NCBI GenBank assembly: GCA_020184695.1
Contig: JAANOX010000030.1
Coordinates: 133,296-197,295 of the forward strand
Length of the DNA: 64,000 bases
Source: Histomonas meleagridis 2922-C6/04-290x
Taxonomy: Eukaryota > Protista > Parabasalia
Reading direction: 5' to 3'
The notes under the pieces were generated by a model. The model was not told where the DNA came from. It was given only the letters and a program-made list of their open reading frames with translations, and made no database searches. The first letter of the stretch is position 1; every line of letters starts with the position of its first letter. The position numbers and the translations under genes are program-made. Below are positions 22,601-32,387 of the stretch, in pieces.

Positions 22601-25600
22601 CTAAGATTGGATCTAATTCTTCTAATACATTTTCAATTAATAAAGGTTTACCAAATCGTACTGCATTTTCAATTGTACGGATTAAATTATCATCATTTAA
22701 TTTGATTATATCTAATTGATTATCTTTCTCTAAGTTCTTTATAAACCTATTAGCTTGTCCTTGTGGATCTATACATAAAGGCCAACGTTTCGAGTTCGTT
22801 AATATTATAATATTTTCTAATGATATCGAATCGCGTGGTAAACCATTTAAATTCCACTTTAATATTTGTATTGGATCTTGTAATGTTTGAATTATATTTG
22901 AGTTATCAGAGAATAATAATTCTTCTTGAATTAAAAAGTTCCTCCAATCATTTAATAAATCATTTCTAAAGTCAGAAGGAAATGGACCTAAATAAGCAAC
23001 AGAAGCAGAAGCTATTAATATATCGCCAATTAAATTCTTTTCTTTAATTAAAACATCTTTTAATGTATCTTCCCAACGACCTTTTTCACCAGATAAATTA
23101 TTTAATAATGATTCAGCACGTATTAACTTCGATTTACATTCTTCTTGTTGATCTTGATAATTCTTCTTCTTTAAATTCGATTCATCAAATTCTGCTTTAA
23201 TTAATGAAATCTTTTCTTCAATAGATTGTAATCGATCTTTCGATTCTTGTAATGCTTTTTTAGATTCTTCTAATTCTTTCTCTGCTTTTTCTAATGCTTG
23301 TTGTTTAGGTCTAACTAACTTTATAGCAAAATGATATTTATTCATTGCTATAACCCAATAATAAAGATTTAATGTAGCAGAACCTGCGTTTTCTGCATTT
23401 TTCTTTGTAAAGTTTTCCGAATTTAATAAAGGTTGTAATCGTTGGATTGTAGATTCGGGTATATTATCTTTTTGTTCATTAGTAAATAATTCGATTCGTT
23501 GTTTAAACTTCGGATCATTTAACATCTTTTGCGCTGTAGCCCACCAATCATCAACCATTTCGCCTGGTCTAGAACCTGGCACTTGTATAACAGGTTGATT
23601 TAATAAGATACAAACACCTTGCATTACATATCCAACTGTTTCTGGTGGTCGTAAATATGATCGAACAGTAGATATAGCTGAAGATGTTAAACCTTTTACA
23701 CCTTCTTTAGCTTCTTCTAATACTGGTAAAACTTTATCTAATTCTTTTTGTGTATCTTCTTTTAATAGTTTTGTTTGTTGTACATTCTCTTCAGCTAATT
23801 CAGTTTCTTTTTGTACTTGTATACGGATTTCATTAGCTTTAGATTCTTCAACTCGAATTCGTTCCATTGCTAAATCTACTTCTTTAGTAGCTATTTCTAA
23901 TTGTGGTTGTAATGCTTTAATTTGTTCTTGTAAATCTTTAATTGATGATGCTGCAACTTTTAATGATGATAAACCTGTTTCCATTGAAGATTTTAATCGA
24001 TTCATTTCTTTAGTCTTTTGATCTAATAATTGTTTAACTAAATCTAAAAAGTCTAAAAATGAAGTTGGTGTAACATAATTATTACGTTTAATCTTTTCAT
24101 ATAATTTTTGTGAATAATCAATGATTGATAAATGTGTATTAACACAAAACTTTGTAACAATTTTGATGAGTTTTTCATTATCATTAAATAACTTATTATA
24201 AAATTCAGTAGCTACAGAAGTTAAAGAACTTTCATCCCAATTATTAAACCAATCAATAGAAGTACAAGTAACTAAAGAAGGAAACATTCTAAGACGTCTT
24301 CTAAATGATTCACCAATTGGTGAAATAGCTAAAACTAAATGTAAATATTCTTTAACTCTTGAAATAAATAATGAATATAACGAAGCTTTTGTCATTTGTA
24401 TATCTTTAGTTTGTGCTATAGGTTTCATTTTCTCAATAATTTCTTCCATATCTTCAGGTTGAAATATATTTGGGACATCACCAGAATTTAATAAATTATT
24501 AATATCTTCTAAAAATGATTCTTTAATAATTTGTGAATCAGATATTAAAAATATAATTTTTTGTTCTTCTAAACCTGCTTTCTTCATAACTTCTTTAATA
24601 TCTGTTAACCATTCTATAGTTCCATAATTTTTATTAATTTGTGGTTGGAAGATTTCATATTCACCTAAATAAGCTGCTAATTTAGTTAATGATTGTCTAC
24701 CAGAACCTCCGACACCTAATAATAATGCATGACCTAAAGGTTGACGAATAATTCTAGAAATCCTTAATATATGTTCAATAGCGTTAGGGAATAAAACTAA
24801 TTTTAATTTATTAGTATTAATTTCATCATATTCAAGCATAGCTGAGTTTAATATTGATTCAAGTTTCTTTATATCTTTGACTTGTATATAAGGCTTTTGA
24901 TCAGTATTTTCTTCATAAAAATCACAATATAATAATTTCTCACAATCATTATATAAATCTTTTGGATTTAATTTAAATTGATTATATAATTCATCATTAA
25001 TAATATTTTGGAATTTTTCATGATCTGTTTCATTAACTAATCTATCACTAAATACTCTAATTGATTCATGATACCAAATACTAATTATATCTTTATCATT
25101 ATTAACATAAGATTTATTTAATGACATTACCCCTTGAATAATTTTCGAAATATCTCTTAAATTAAATATATAATGTGATTTAGAAGGTATAGGTAACATA
25201 TTTTTCCTAACATTATTATAACAATTAATTGTCGAATTAATTATCGAATTAGAAACATTTTTAATAGATTCATCAAATATATTTAAATAATTATCTAACA
25301 TTGTCTTAAATATTTTATATAATGAATCATCTTGTAATTCAACAAAATTAAATAAATTAAAATGCCTTATAAATCGTGGAGTCATTTCTTGACGTCCTCC
25401 ACCAGGATAACCACAAGCACAAATTAATTGTGCATCGATTAATTTATGGAATTCTAAAGTTTTTCGATCATACCAACCTCCATGATCTATCCATTGTCGT
25501 AATAATTCGATTGGTGGTTGAGCACCGAATTCTTCTTTTAATGGCATATTAACATCATCGAAAAAGATTATAGCTTTTTTACGATCTAAAGGACCATAAA

Positions 25601-28600
25601 TACCTTTAAATCTTCGTTCATATTTCGAATCAATTATATCTTGTGTTTGATTAGCAGTAGTTTTAGCAGAAAATGAGATAAATATCGGAATATAATTTGT
25701 AGGATCTAATGAAGATATCATATAAATATTAATTGTGATTGATTTAGCTGTACCTGTAGGGCCTATACAAAAGAAATTATAACCTGCGTTTAATAAAGTC
25801 TTTAATAAAAATGTATGACGAATATTATCAATTGTTGGTACTAAAATTTCGGTGAATTTTGCATTCTTTGGTATATTATATTCCGGAATATTATCCATCC
25901 AATTTTCCCATTTTAATGTATCAAAATTAAATTTATAATCATATACTAAACCTTCTTTAGGAAACTCAATTCCAGATTTATTAATTAATGGACGAATAAA
26001 GAAATCAAATTGATTTCTACCTTCAGTATTAGTAGTAGAACCTACTGACCAAATTAATGAGAACCAAAATAAATTCGGTGCCAAATTCTTAATTTTATAA
26101 ATTATATCATCTGAAATTTTATCATTAATATCATCATTTGAATAAAACGGATATATTAATGAATGAAATATTCTAAATAAACTTTGTATAATATTACTAT
26201 TAGTAGTAACTATTGGTTCTTTAATTCTATTTCTTAAGAATTCGATTGAAGGGATTAAATAATCGTCAAACATTTGATTTAAAGTTTCATTTAAAATCGA
26301 TTGTAATTGTGGATGCATATTTAATACCCAAGAATCAAATAAATATTTCAGATTAGAATTAGGTTCCATATATACCATTCCACAACGTGATACAGTTGCA
26401 GGTGAAGCTACAGCTAAATCTTCGACTTCAAATAACATAAACATTCTATCAGTGAAATTAATTACTGCCGAAGATGATAAACAAAGTTTTTTATTATCAT
26501 CTAATACAGTATTCATATTTTCGATCCATAAAGCATCAACAGGACCATCTAAAACTATCCATAAGTTATCATTAGTTTCATCTTCTGAACAAGTTTTAAT
26601 TATATCAGATAAAACTCCATTAGTCCATTCATGAGTCGTTAAATCAAATTCACCATAAAGTTGTCCCATAGTAATTGATTTAGGATTTAATATATAATAT
26701 CTTGTCTTGAAATATTTCTTATTATCTGATAATGAAGTCAAAACTTTGGAAAGTGTTTGATATACAGTAGTTTTACCTGAACCTGTAGGTCCTACAAGCA
26801 TTACACCCCAACGTACTGAGAATGTTTCTTTTAATTGTATTATTTTATTTATAAATAAATCATTCACTTGAAGTTTTTCTTTCTTACATACATTATGAAT
26901 TTCATTAATTAAATCACTATAATCTAAAGTCTTTTCTTCTATTCCTGGGAATAAATCAGAAATAATATCATTAAATAATATTAAATCATTTTTCAAGAAT
27001 TTCGGTACATTAACATCTTTAATAGCTCGTAATATGATTAAAGATTCAGACATATCAGGGAAATTCATTCGTAAGTTTCCTGCGTTTTGTATAACAGTAT
27101 TAACAGCACGCATACCAAAGTCATAATGTTTTTGTGATGAAAGTTGTTCTGATGAAAGTCTAAAAGTAGCGACAATTTTTTCGGAAAGTTTTCTAGCTTC
27201 GATAAACCCAAATGAATAAAGTTTTATCTTTGCAATCATTTTATAATCTGGTACCATCATAGATACTGATCTAAATAAAGCTTTTAAGTTATCAGGTAAT
27301 TCTGTTCTGCCTGCATAACCAGGATTCATAGTAATAAATACTGCACAACGTGGTGATAATGGTACATCTCTATTTTCAAATCGAAAATGTTTAACACCTG
27401 CTTGAATAGCGTTTTGTATTGTAGTGATTTGTTGTGCTATAACACTTAATACTTCAATATATATTCGATTAAATTCATCAAAACATGCCCATGCACCACA
27501 TGATGCTAAACCCGTCAAGAAAATTCCCATTTGTAAATAATCAACACTTTCACTACAATTATATACTACGCATTGAAATGCTACTGCTTTAGCTAAATCT
27601 TTTGTAGTTTCTGTTTTCCCTGTACCTGCAGGACCTTGAGGTGCACCACCCATATTCATTTGTAAAGCAGAAGTTAATGTTAAATAACATCGATCTGTTA
27701 AAGGCGTTATAACTAAACGTGTAGTATTACCTAAATATTCATAACCATATTCGACTTCATATGTTAACATTTTGATAATTGCAGTTTCATTATTATAATA
27801 ATATCTTAATTGTGATATCCATTCAAATGAATCAATTGAATTAACTCCATTTCGTACCATTTTTTCAACTATATCATGTGCATGTACATCTAATACTATT
27901 AAACATGATAAAGTTCGAAGTTTTAAGAAATCTTTAGTTTCTCGTACAAGTTTAGTTAAGTCGATTAATTGATTATCTAAAACTTTTAGTAAATCTAATA
28001 ACTTATTTTGTTTAATTGCTTCTTCGACATTTTTTGTCCAATATATCATTGAACAACATAAAATTATTTGTGCTGGCCAATTTAATACCCATTCGATACG
28101 TGGTATTGTAGGATATTCTTCATAAGCTTTCTTTAAGATATCTTTTAATGTTTCTCTCATTATAGTTTCTACTTCTAATAACCAATGTTCGACATTACCT
28201 TTCGGATATAAAGATCGAGATAAATTAACAACTTCTCCTTCACAAGAAATCATTTGAGTAATTTTTAAGTCTTTTTCAAATGTTAATGACCCAATATTTT
28301 CGAAACATCTTCTTAAATGTCTTTGAACTGCTGTTGGATCTTTAGTTTGTGATAATATTGATAATAATTCATCATTAGATAAAAAGTAAAATCGTGGAAA
28401 TGCAACACGTTTTGATTCTAAATAATCATTTAAACCTCGTTCTACATGTGACAACAATTTATTATTTTGTTTAAAGTCATCTAATAATTTTTGTGATGGA
28501 CAAAACTTTAATGCAGATGGTGATCTATAAGCAGAATCTAAGATTTTTCTCCAAGTTTTATCAACACTTTCAAAACGTTCTGTTTCAGTAGGTAATTGTT

Positions 28601-31600
28601 TCTTAATATCATCTGATGAAAAAATGGGCTCTAAAGATAACCAAGAACGTTGACAATTTAACCATTCTTCAATAACTGAAGTTATTAATTTTAATGTTTG
28701 TTCCCATTTATTTAATTTATCTTCAAAAGGCTTTTTATAAGGTGAGAATTCCATTGTATTTATCATAACCATATCATCATCAAGTTTTTGGATAATATCA
28801 TCAGAACCTTTTAAGATATAAGTACCAGTATTTTTATAAGGTTCAATATCTAAATTAATTTCTTCCCAATCATTTTGCATCTTTTGTAATGACGTTTCAA
28901 TTGAATATTCTTTTGATGCTGCTGATACTACTTCAATAATTACGTCAATTTTCTCTTCAAGATTATTTTGTAAGACATCATTTAATGTAATTTCATCATC
29001 AAGTTGAAATTCAAACCCAAGTTTCTCTGATAATTTAACCCAATGTCTTTTCTTCATTCCAGGGTTTAATAAAGCTGTTAATAAAGGTATATGATCTCTC
29101 ATTTCACTAACTTTTTGTTTTGTATCAATAGCTAATTGTAAAATAGCAGTTGGACCATTTTTAAAGTTATGTGTTGATTTATGTAATGCAGTATATATTA
29201 CTTGTAAATCTTTTGATATTTGTTCGGCATTTAATTGTATTAATGGCTTTTCATTTATCGATTGTGATAATTTATACCATTGATCTAAATTAAGCCAAAA
29301 TAATGCAAATGGTTCAAATGTCTTCTTAAGTTCATCAATTCGTGAATAATCAGTAATTTCTTGTCCAAAAATAATTTGTCGTGAATTATATACTTTAGCT
29401 GTTTGTTCTGAATTCTCAATAATTTTCGAAATTCGTTTAATTTCTTGTGAATATATATCACTTTGTGTTGGATCAATATATTTAGATACAGTAGAAACTT
29501 CACGTGAAAGTTTATCAAGTTCAGCAGCAAATTTTTCTTGATGCATTTCAAGATCTTGTTCAAATTTAATGAAATAATTATCAAGTGTCGATTTCGATTT
29601 TTCGATTAATTGGAAACAATGTTTTGCATGACCAAATGTATTCCATTTAATATTAAAATCTTCATTAGATATTTGATGATTATAATTCTCTAAAAAGTCA
29701 TAATATTTCATTGAGTCACAAACTCTTAAATGAAGTTTTTCGACTAATTTTGGTACAGTTGATATATATTGACGTTGTTGATCTAATTCTTCGATTTTTG
29801 TTGGTATTGCAGTAATTCTATTTTCAATTGTTCGATATTCATTTAAATATTTTTTGAATTGTGATTTTGCTGTTTTTGATATATAATCTAAAATCGATTT
29901 TATTAATAATTTATGTTTTGAAATTAAATAATTTCGGACTGATGTAACATTCACTGAAAATAATCCTAAAATTGCTCGTTTAGGTATAGTTTTTAAGATT
30001 TCATTAATTGATTCTTGATGAATTTTAATTTCATGTGAACATTGTTCTAATGAAGGTGAATCATTATTAAGTTTCTCTACAAATTTCGCATGATCAAGTT
30101 TTAAGAAATCAATATATGAATCATAAGTTAATATATAATCTTCTAAAACTTTAATTGCAGCATCTAAATTCTTTATAATATTTTCTTTATGTTTAATAAG
30201 TTCTGTTTCATCTTCATTAATTGTGGATAATGTTAATGAAACATTACGAAACATTTCAGGTAATACACGTGGTTCAATGATTGGAATCGATCGAACAGAA
30301 TCAACAATTGATGATAATATATTTAAACATAATTCCTTAAATAAAATAGGATCAATTCCATAACAAATTTTCTCTTCTTCAATTGTCATATCGATTTCAA
30401 ACAATGGCATTATCATTGCGCCCGATGAATTTTTAGGAAATTCTGATTTAAATTCAGTTTGTGATTTTATTGTTACTGAAATCGGTGATAAATCTTCAAT
30501 AAAATTATCAAATAATTCGAAATTATTTAAAACTGATTTCCGTGCAGCATCAATCATCATAAAAGATATTAAAGTCATGAAGTTACTAAATTTAGACATA
30601 TTATATACTTCACGATCAGTTTCTTCTAAATTAAACCAACCTTTTGATATACCAGATAAAGCATTTCGTAATTCTCGACCAAGTTGTGGTACCCAATCAT
30701 CAGTAAGAAAATGTTTATTCTTTGAGATCATTTGTGATTGCGTTTGTTGGAATTCTTCTAAATGAAATGATTTATTAGATCGTAATGATAACATTATAAT
30801 ATTAGAGACATCTAAACATGAAGATCTCGTCTTCATTAATGCATTAAAGATACAATCCTTTGTATATAATGAATGAAATGATACTTTTTCATATAATCGT
30901 TTAAAGTTTGCATTCGTCTCGATTTTATTTCGTGATATAATTTCTTCTTCTTTAGTTAAATCATATATACCTAATGATCGTGCGTAAATTGGATCCGATT
31001 TAATTTTAGCTTCAAATGAATGCGTATTAAATGTATATTTATAATTGATTTTGGCTTCTTTTAAAAATGGTTTTATGTCAAGTTCAATCTTTCTTCGTGG
31101 TGATGGAATCTTTTGTAATATTCGTTCTACACTTTCTTTAGGGATTTTGGGCATCGATTTATATGGCATGTTTTCAACATAAAACACAAATCGTATCCAT
31201 GACTCAATACGTCGTCTTTCATTAATTGCATTAGCAATTCGATTAGAAAAAATTCGTGGATCTTCTGATAGAAATAAAATACGTAAACGTGGTAACCATT
31301 CAGATGGATAAATGTCATTCGGATATTTGACTTGCCATAACATTGTGGTGGAATTATAATCAATAACAATGGAATCAATCCATTTAAGTTCATGCGTATT
31401 AAATACTCGTGAAGGAATTCCACCCATCGTACCATCAGAATTAAGGCCAATACTAAGCCATTCATCAGTAGTACGTGGATCAAACGAATCGTCATCAAAA
31501 TCCCATAATTGGAAAATTGGTGGAAACTCAGTATTCATTTCTGTAACACCAATCTCTTGAGGATAATCAATACCACGTTCAATAAGAAGTTGGGATATGT

Positions 31601-32009
31601 CCATTTGTTGATATTGTCGCTTTAGACGTTCAACTTCAATGGATCTTGGTGTGACTCCAGGTGGTGTAATAAATGGAATTTGAACTTTAGGTAGAATTGA
31701 CTCTGGTGGGGTATTGTGCGGGCCCATTGGTAATGGATCTGATGGTGGTAATTTATCAGATTGTTTTGAAAAATATTTTCGTGCAGCTGTATAAGTAGAT
31801 ATATTTGGGAAAGAAGAATTTGAAGGTTTTGAAACCGGCTCGTTATCTTCTTCATTATGTGTAGTATCTTCTGGTGGAGTGGTATCTTCAAGTGGTGGAA
31901 GCGAAATGTTTCGAAGGCTTGTCTTACTTGATGGACGAATTGACGCTTTTTGGGTAGAGAAAAAGAGTTCTGAAAATGCTCCTTTTCTCTGTTTATTTGT
32001 TTTGTTCAT
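19662..32009 (-). CDS. DNAH1: Axonemal inner-arm dynein heavy chain (DNAH1-like)
   Basis: 4115-aa uninterrupted ORF with P-loops GPAGTGKT, GPTGSGKT, GPTGTAKS and GVGGSGRQ, plus the stalk. N-terminal FDDDSFDPRTTDEWL resembles the DNAH1 subfamily; the subfamily call is less certain than the dynein call. Confidence 0.9.
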   Translation of the reverse strand: MNKTNKQRKGAFSELFFSTQKASIRPSSKTSLRNISLPPLEDTTPPEDTTHNEEDNEPVSKPSNSSFPNISTYTAARKYFSKQSDKLPPSDPLPMGPHNTPPESILPKVQIPFITPPGVTPRSIEVERLKRQYQQMDISQLLIERGIDYPQEIGVTEMNTEFPPIFQLWDFDDDSFDPRTTDEWLSIGLNSDGTMGGIPSRVFNTHELKWIDSIVIDYNSTTMLWQVKYPNDIYPSEWLPRLRILFLSEDPRIFSNRIANAINERRRIESWIRFVFYVENMPYKSMPKIPKESVERILQKIPSPRRKIELDIKPFLKEAKINYKYTFNTHSFEAKIKSDPIYARSLGIYDLTKEEEIISRNKIETNANFKRLYEKVSFHSLYTKDCIFNALMKTRSSCLDVSNIIMLSLRSNKSFHLEEFQQTQSQMISKNKHFLTDDWVPQLGRELRNALSGISKGWFNLEETDREVYNMSKFSNFMTLISFMMIDAARKSVLNNFELFDNFIEDLSPISVTIKSQTEFKSEFPKNSSGAMIMPLFEIDMTIEEEKICYGIDPILFKELCLNILSSIVDSVRSIPIIEPRVLPEMFRNVSLTLSTINEDETELIKHKENIIKNLDAAIKVLEDYILTYDSYIDFLKLDHAKFVEKLNNDSPSLEQCSHEIKIHQESINEILKTIPKRAILGLFSVNVTSVRNYLISKHKLLIKSILDYISKTAKSQFKKYLNEYRTIENRITAIPTKIEELDQQRQYISTVPKLVEKLHLRVCDSMKYYDFLENYNHQISNEDFNIKWNTFGHAKHCFQLIEKSKSTLDNYFIKFEQDLEMHQEKFAAELDKLSREVSTVSKYIDPTQSDIYSQEIKRISKIIENSEQTAKVYNSRQIIFGQEITDYSRIDELKKTFEPFALFWLNLDQWYKLSQSINEKPLIQLNAEQISKDLQVIYTALHKSTHNFKNGPTAILQLAIDTKQKVSEMRDHIPLLTALLNPGMKKRHWVKLSEKLGFEFQLDDEITLNDVLQNNLEEKIDVIIEVVSAASKEYSIETSLQKMQNDWEEINLDIEPYKNTGTYILKGSDDIIQKLDDDMVMINTMEFSPYKKPFEDKLNKWEQTLKLITSVIEEWLNCQRSWLSLEPIFSSDDIKKQLPTETERFESVDKTWRKILDSAYRSPSALKFCPSQKLLDDFKQNNKLLSHVERGLNDYLESKRVAFPRFYFLSNDELLSILSQTKDPTAVQRHLRRCFENIGSLTFEKDLKITQMISCEGEVVNLSRSLYPKGNVEHWLLEVETIMRETLKDILKKAYEEYPTIPRIEWVLNWPAQIILCCSMIYWTKNVEEAIKQNKLLDLLKVLDNQLIDLTKLVRETKDFLKLRTLSCLIVLDVHAHDIVEKMVRNGVNSIDSFEWISQLRYYYNNETAIIKMLTYEVEYGYEYLGNTTRLVITPLTDRCYLTLTSALQMNMGGAPQGPAGTGKTETTKDLAKAVAFQCVVYNCSESVDYLQMGIFLTGLASCGAWACFDEFNRIYIEVLSVIAQQITTIQNAIQAGVKHFRFENRDVPLSPRCAVFITMNPGYAGRTELPDNLKALFRSVSMMVPDYKMIAKIKLYSFGFIEARKLSEKIVATFRLSSEQLSSQKHYDFGMRAVNTVIQNAGNLRMNFPDMSESLIILRAIKDVNVPKFLKNDLILFNDIISDLFPGIEEKTLDYSDLINEIHNVCKKEKLQVNDLFINKIIQLKETFSVRWGVMLVGPTGSGKTTVYQTLSKVLTSLSDNKKYFKTRYYILNPKSITMGQLYGEFDLTTHEWTNGVLSDIIKTCSEDETNDNLWIVLDGPVDALWIENMNTVLDDNKKLCLSSSAVINFTDRMFMLFEVEDLAVASPATVSRCGMVYMEPNSNLKYLFDSWVLNMHPQLQSILNETLNQMFDDYLIPSIEFLRNRIKEPIVTTNSNIIQSLFRIFHSLIYPFYSNDDINDKISDDIIYKIKNLAPNLFWFSLIWSVGSTTNTEGRNQFDFFIRPLINKSGIEFPKEGLVYDYKFNFDTLKWENWMDNIPEYNIPKNAKFTEILVPTIDNIRHTFLLKTLLNAGYNFFCIGPTGTAKSITINIYMISSLDPTNYIPIFISFSAKTTANQTQDIIDSKYERRFKGIYGPLDRKKAIIFFDDVNMPLKEEFGAQPPIELLRQWIDHGGWYDRKTLEFHKLIDAQLICACGYPGGGRQEMTPRFIRHFNLFNFVELQDDSLYKIFKTMLDNYLNIFDESIKNVSNSIINSTINCYNNVRKNMLPIPSKSHYIFNLRDISKIIQGVMSLNKSYVNNDKDIISIWYHESIRVFSDRLVNETDHEKFQNIINDELYNQFKLNPKDLYNDCEKLLYCDFYEENTDQKPYIQVKDIKKLESILNSAMLEYDEINTNKLKLVLFPNAIEHILRISRIIRQPLGHALLLGVGGSGRQSLTKLAAYLGEYEIFQPQINKNYGTIEWLTDIKEVMKKAGLEEQKIIFLISDSQIIKESFLEDINNLLNSGDVPNIFQPEDMEEIIEKMKPIAQTKDIQMTKASLYSLFISRVKEYLHLVLAISPIGESFRRRLRMFPSLVTCTSIDWFNNWDESSLTSVATEFYNKLFNDNEKLIKIVTKFCVNTHLSIIDYSQKLYEKIKRNNYVTPTSFLDFLDLVKQLLDQKTKEMNRLKSSMETGLSSLKVAASSIKDLQEQIKALQPQLEIATKEVDLAMERIRVEESKANEIRIQVQKETELAEENVQQTKLLKEDTQKELDKVLPVLEEAKEGVKGLTSSAISTVRSYLRPPETVGYVMQGVCILLNQPVIQVPGSRPGEMVDDWWATAQKMLNDPKFKQRIELFTNEQKDNIPESTIQRLQPLLNSENFTKKNAENAGSATLNLYYWVIAMNKYHFAIKLVRPKQQALEKAEKELEESKKALQESKDRLQSIEEKISLIKAEFDESNLKKKNYQDQQEECKSKLIRAESLLNNLSGEKGRWEDTLKDVLIKEKNLIGDILIASASVAYLGPFPSDFRNDLLNDWRNFLIQEELLFSDNSNIIQTLQDPIQILKWNLNGLPRDSISLENIIILTNSKRWPLCIDPQGQANRFIKNLEKDNQLDIIKLNDDNLIRTIENAVRFGKPLLIENVLEELDPILDPILQKQIYKQSGADVIKIGDTIIPYNWDFKLYITTQLPNPNYSPELSAKVSLLDFTCTQTGLEEQLLALTVAKERPDLEEMKSSLVIKNSQNKKKLHQIQTKMLSLLENTDPNKLLDDLELINTLTESNQMSQNIQKQVKETEETEIEIDKSRQNYQKVAFRGSLLFFCISNLFLIDPMYQYSLEWYISFFGLCINNTPNSDDLEIRLNSLINTITINFYNNICRSMFERHKQMFSFLLCYKIMQSNNEINSEELRFLISGPSKNIESLPNPDPSWITIKIWNEIKSLDLLPNFKGFLNSFIKDIKLWKEIFDSENASKCIFPNEWQSKLTEFQRLLILRVIRPDSIINAIQELISNKLGNQFLESPQFDLNSSFSDSTVSTPLIFILSVGADPLSELTKFAEKKSFGKKFSSISLGQGQGPKAEAKMIEAMDRGHWLLLQNCHLAISWLPKLEMLIENIKPDEINRDFRLWLTSMPSKDFPVSILQKGIKMTNEPPKGIRSNLLKSMSQFDDKMLNDIKKLFEYHKLIYALCFFHAIILERRKYGSLGFNQIYDWNNGDLEISQKQLKMFLNLYENVPFKVLKYLTGEINYGGKVTDDWDRRTLLSILDDFYTPKVMNDNYQFTENPNYLSLPEQSIKMYLNTIKQFPINDSPDLFGLHSNAEITYQQNETFSMFNNLLLLQSSNNELIVNNQNQSKENIIYDLTKDIIKEVPKLFDQKLISEKYPQKYSDSMNTVLIQQTEMFNKLITIVTKSLKDLLKALKGIIVMNKELEDISNSIYDNFVPKLWENSGYPSTKPLSSWIIDLKLRVKFFNDWIENGPPLIYWISGFFIQQSFLTGIKQNYARKTQIGVDTVSFAFDVINDENEINERPNDGVIIKGLFIEGAAWDRNKKIITDPNPKELYQQMPPIKLIPVSNRKPPKNGIYNCPLYKIGTRKGQLSTTGHSTNYVMTIELPSDKPESYWIKRGVAMICSLSY

Positions 32010-32387
32010 TTTCTTGTTTGCAGAAAAACGGATTTAACCGTTCACCAAAAAAATCATGATTTACTCCTCATTAAAATCATAATCAAGTATATATTGTATT
32101 TACATATGTTGTCTAAATGTTTCTCGTAACTTTTTTGATAGTTACTTTTCTTTTAAAATAAATTTTAAATTGATTTCAAATTTTAGTATAACCAATATTT
32201 ATGTGTTTTGATCTGTTGGTCATACAACAATAACATTTTTTTTCTAATAAGTTGATTATGATTTATTGGAATTTAAACTAAATTCATGTTATTTTTCATA
32301 CTTGCGCTAAAATACGTTTGAATTCATTCAAAAATTTCGAGATAAAAGTGACAAATAATCCATTCAAATTTGCTGGGAAGGATCTGG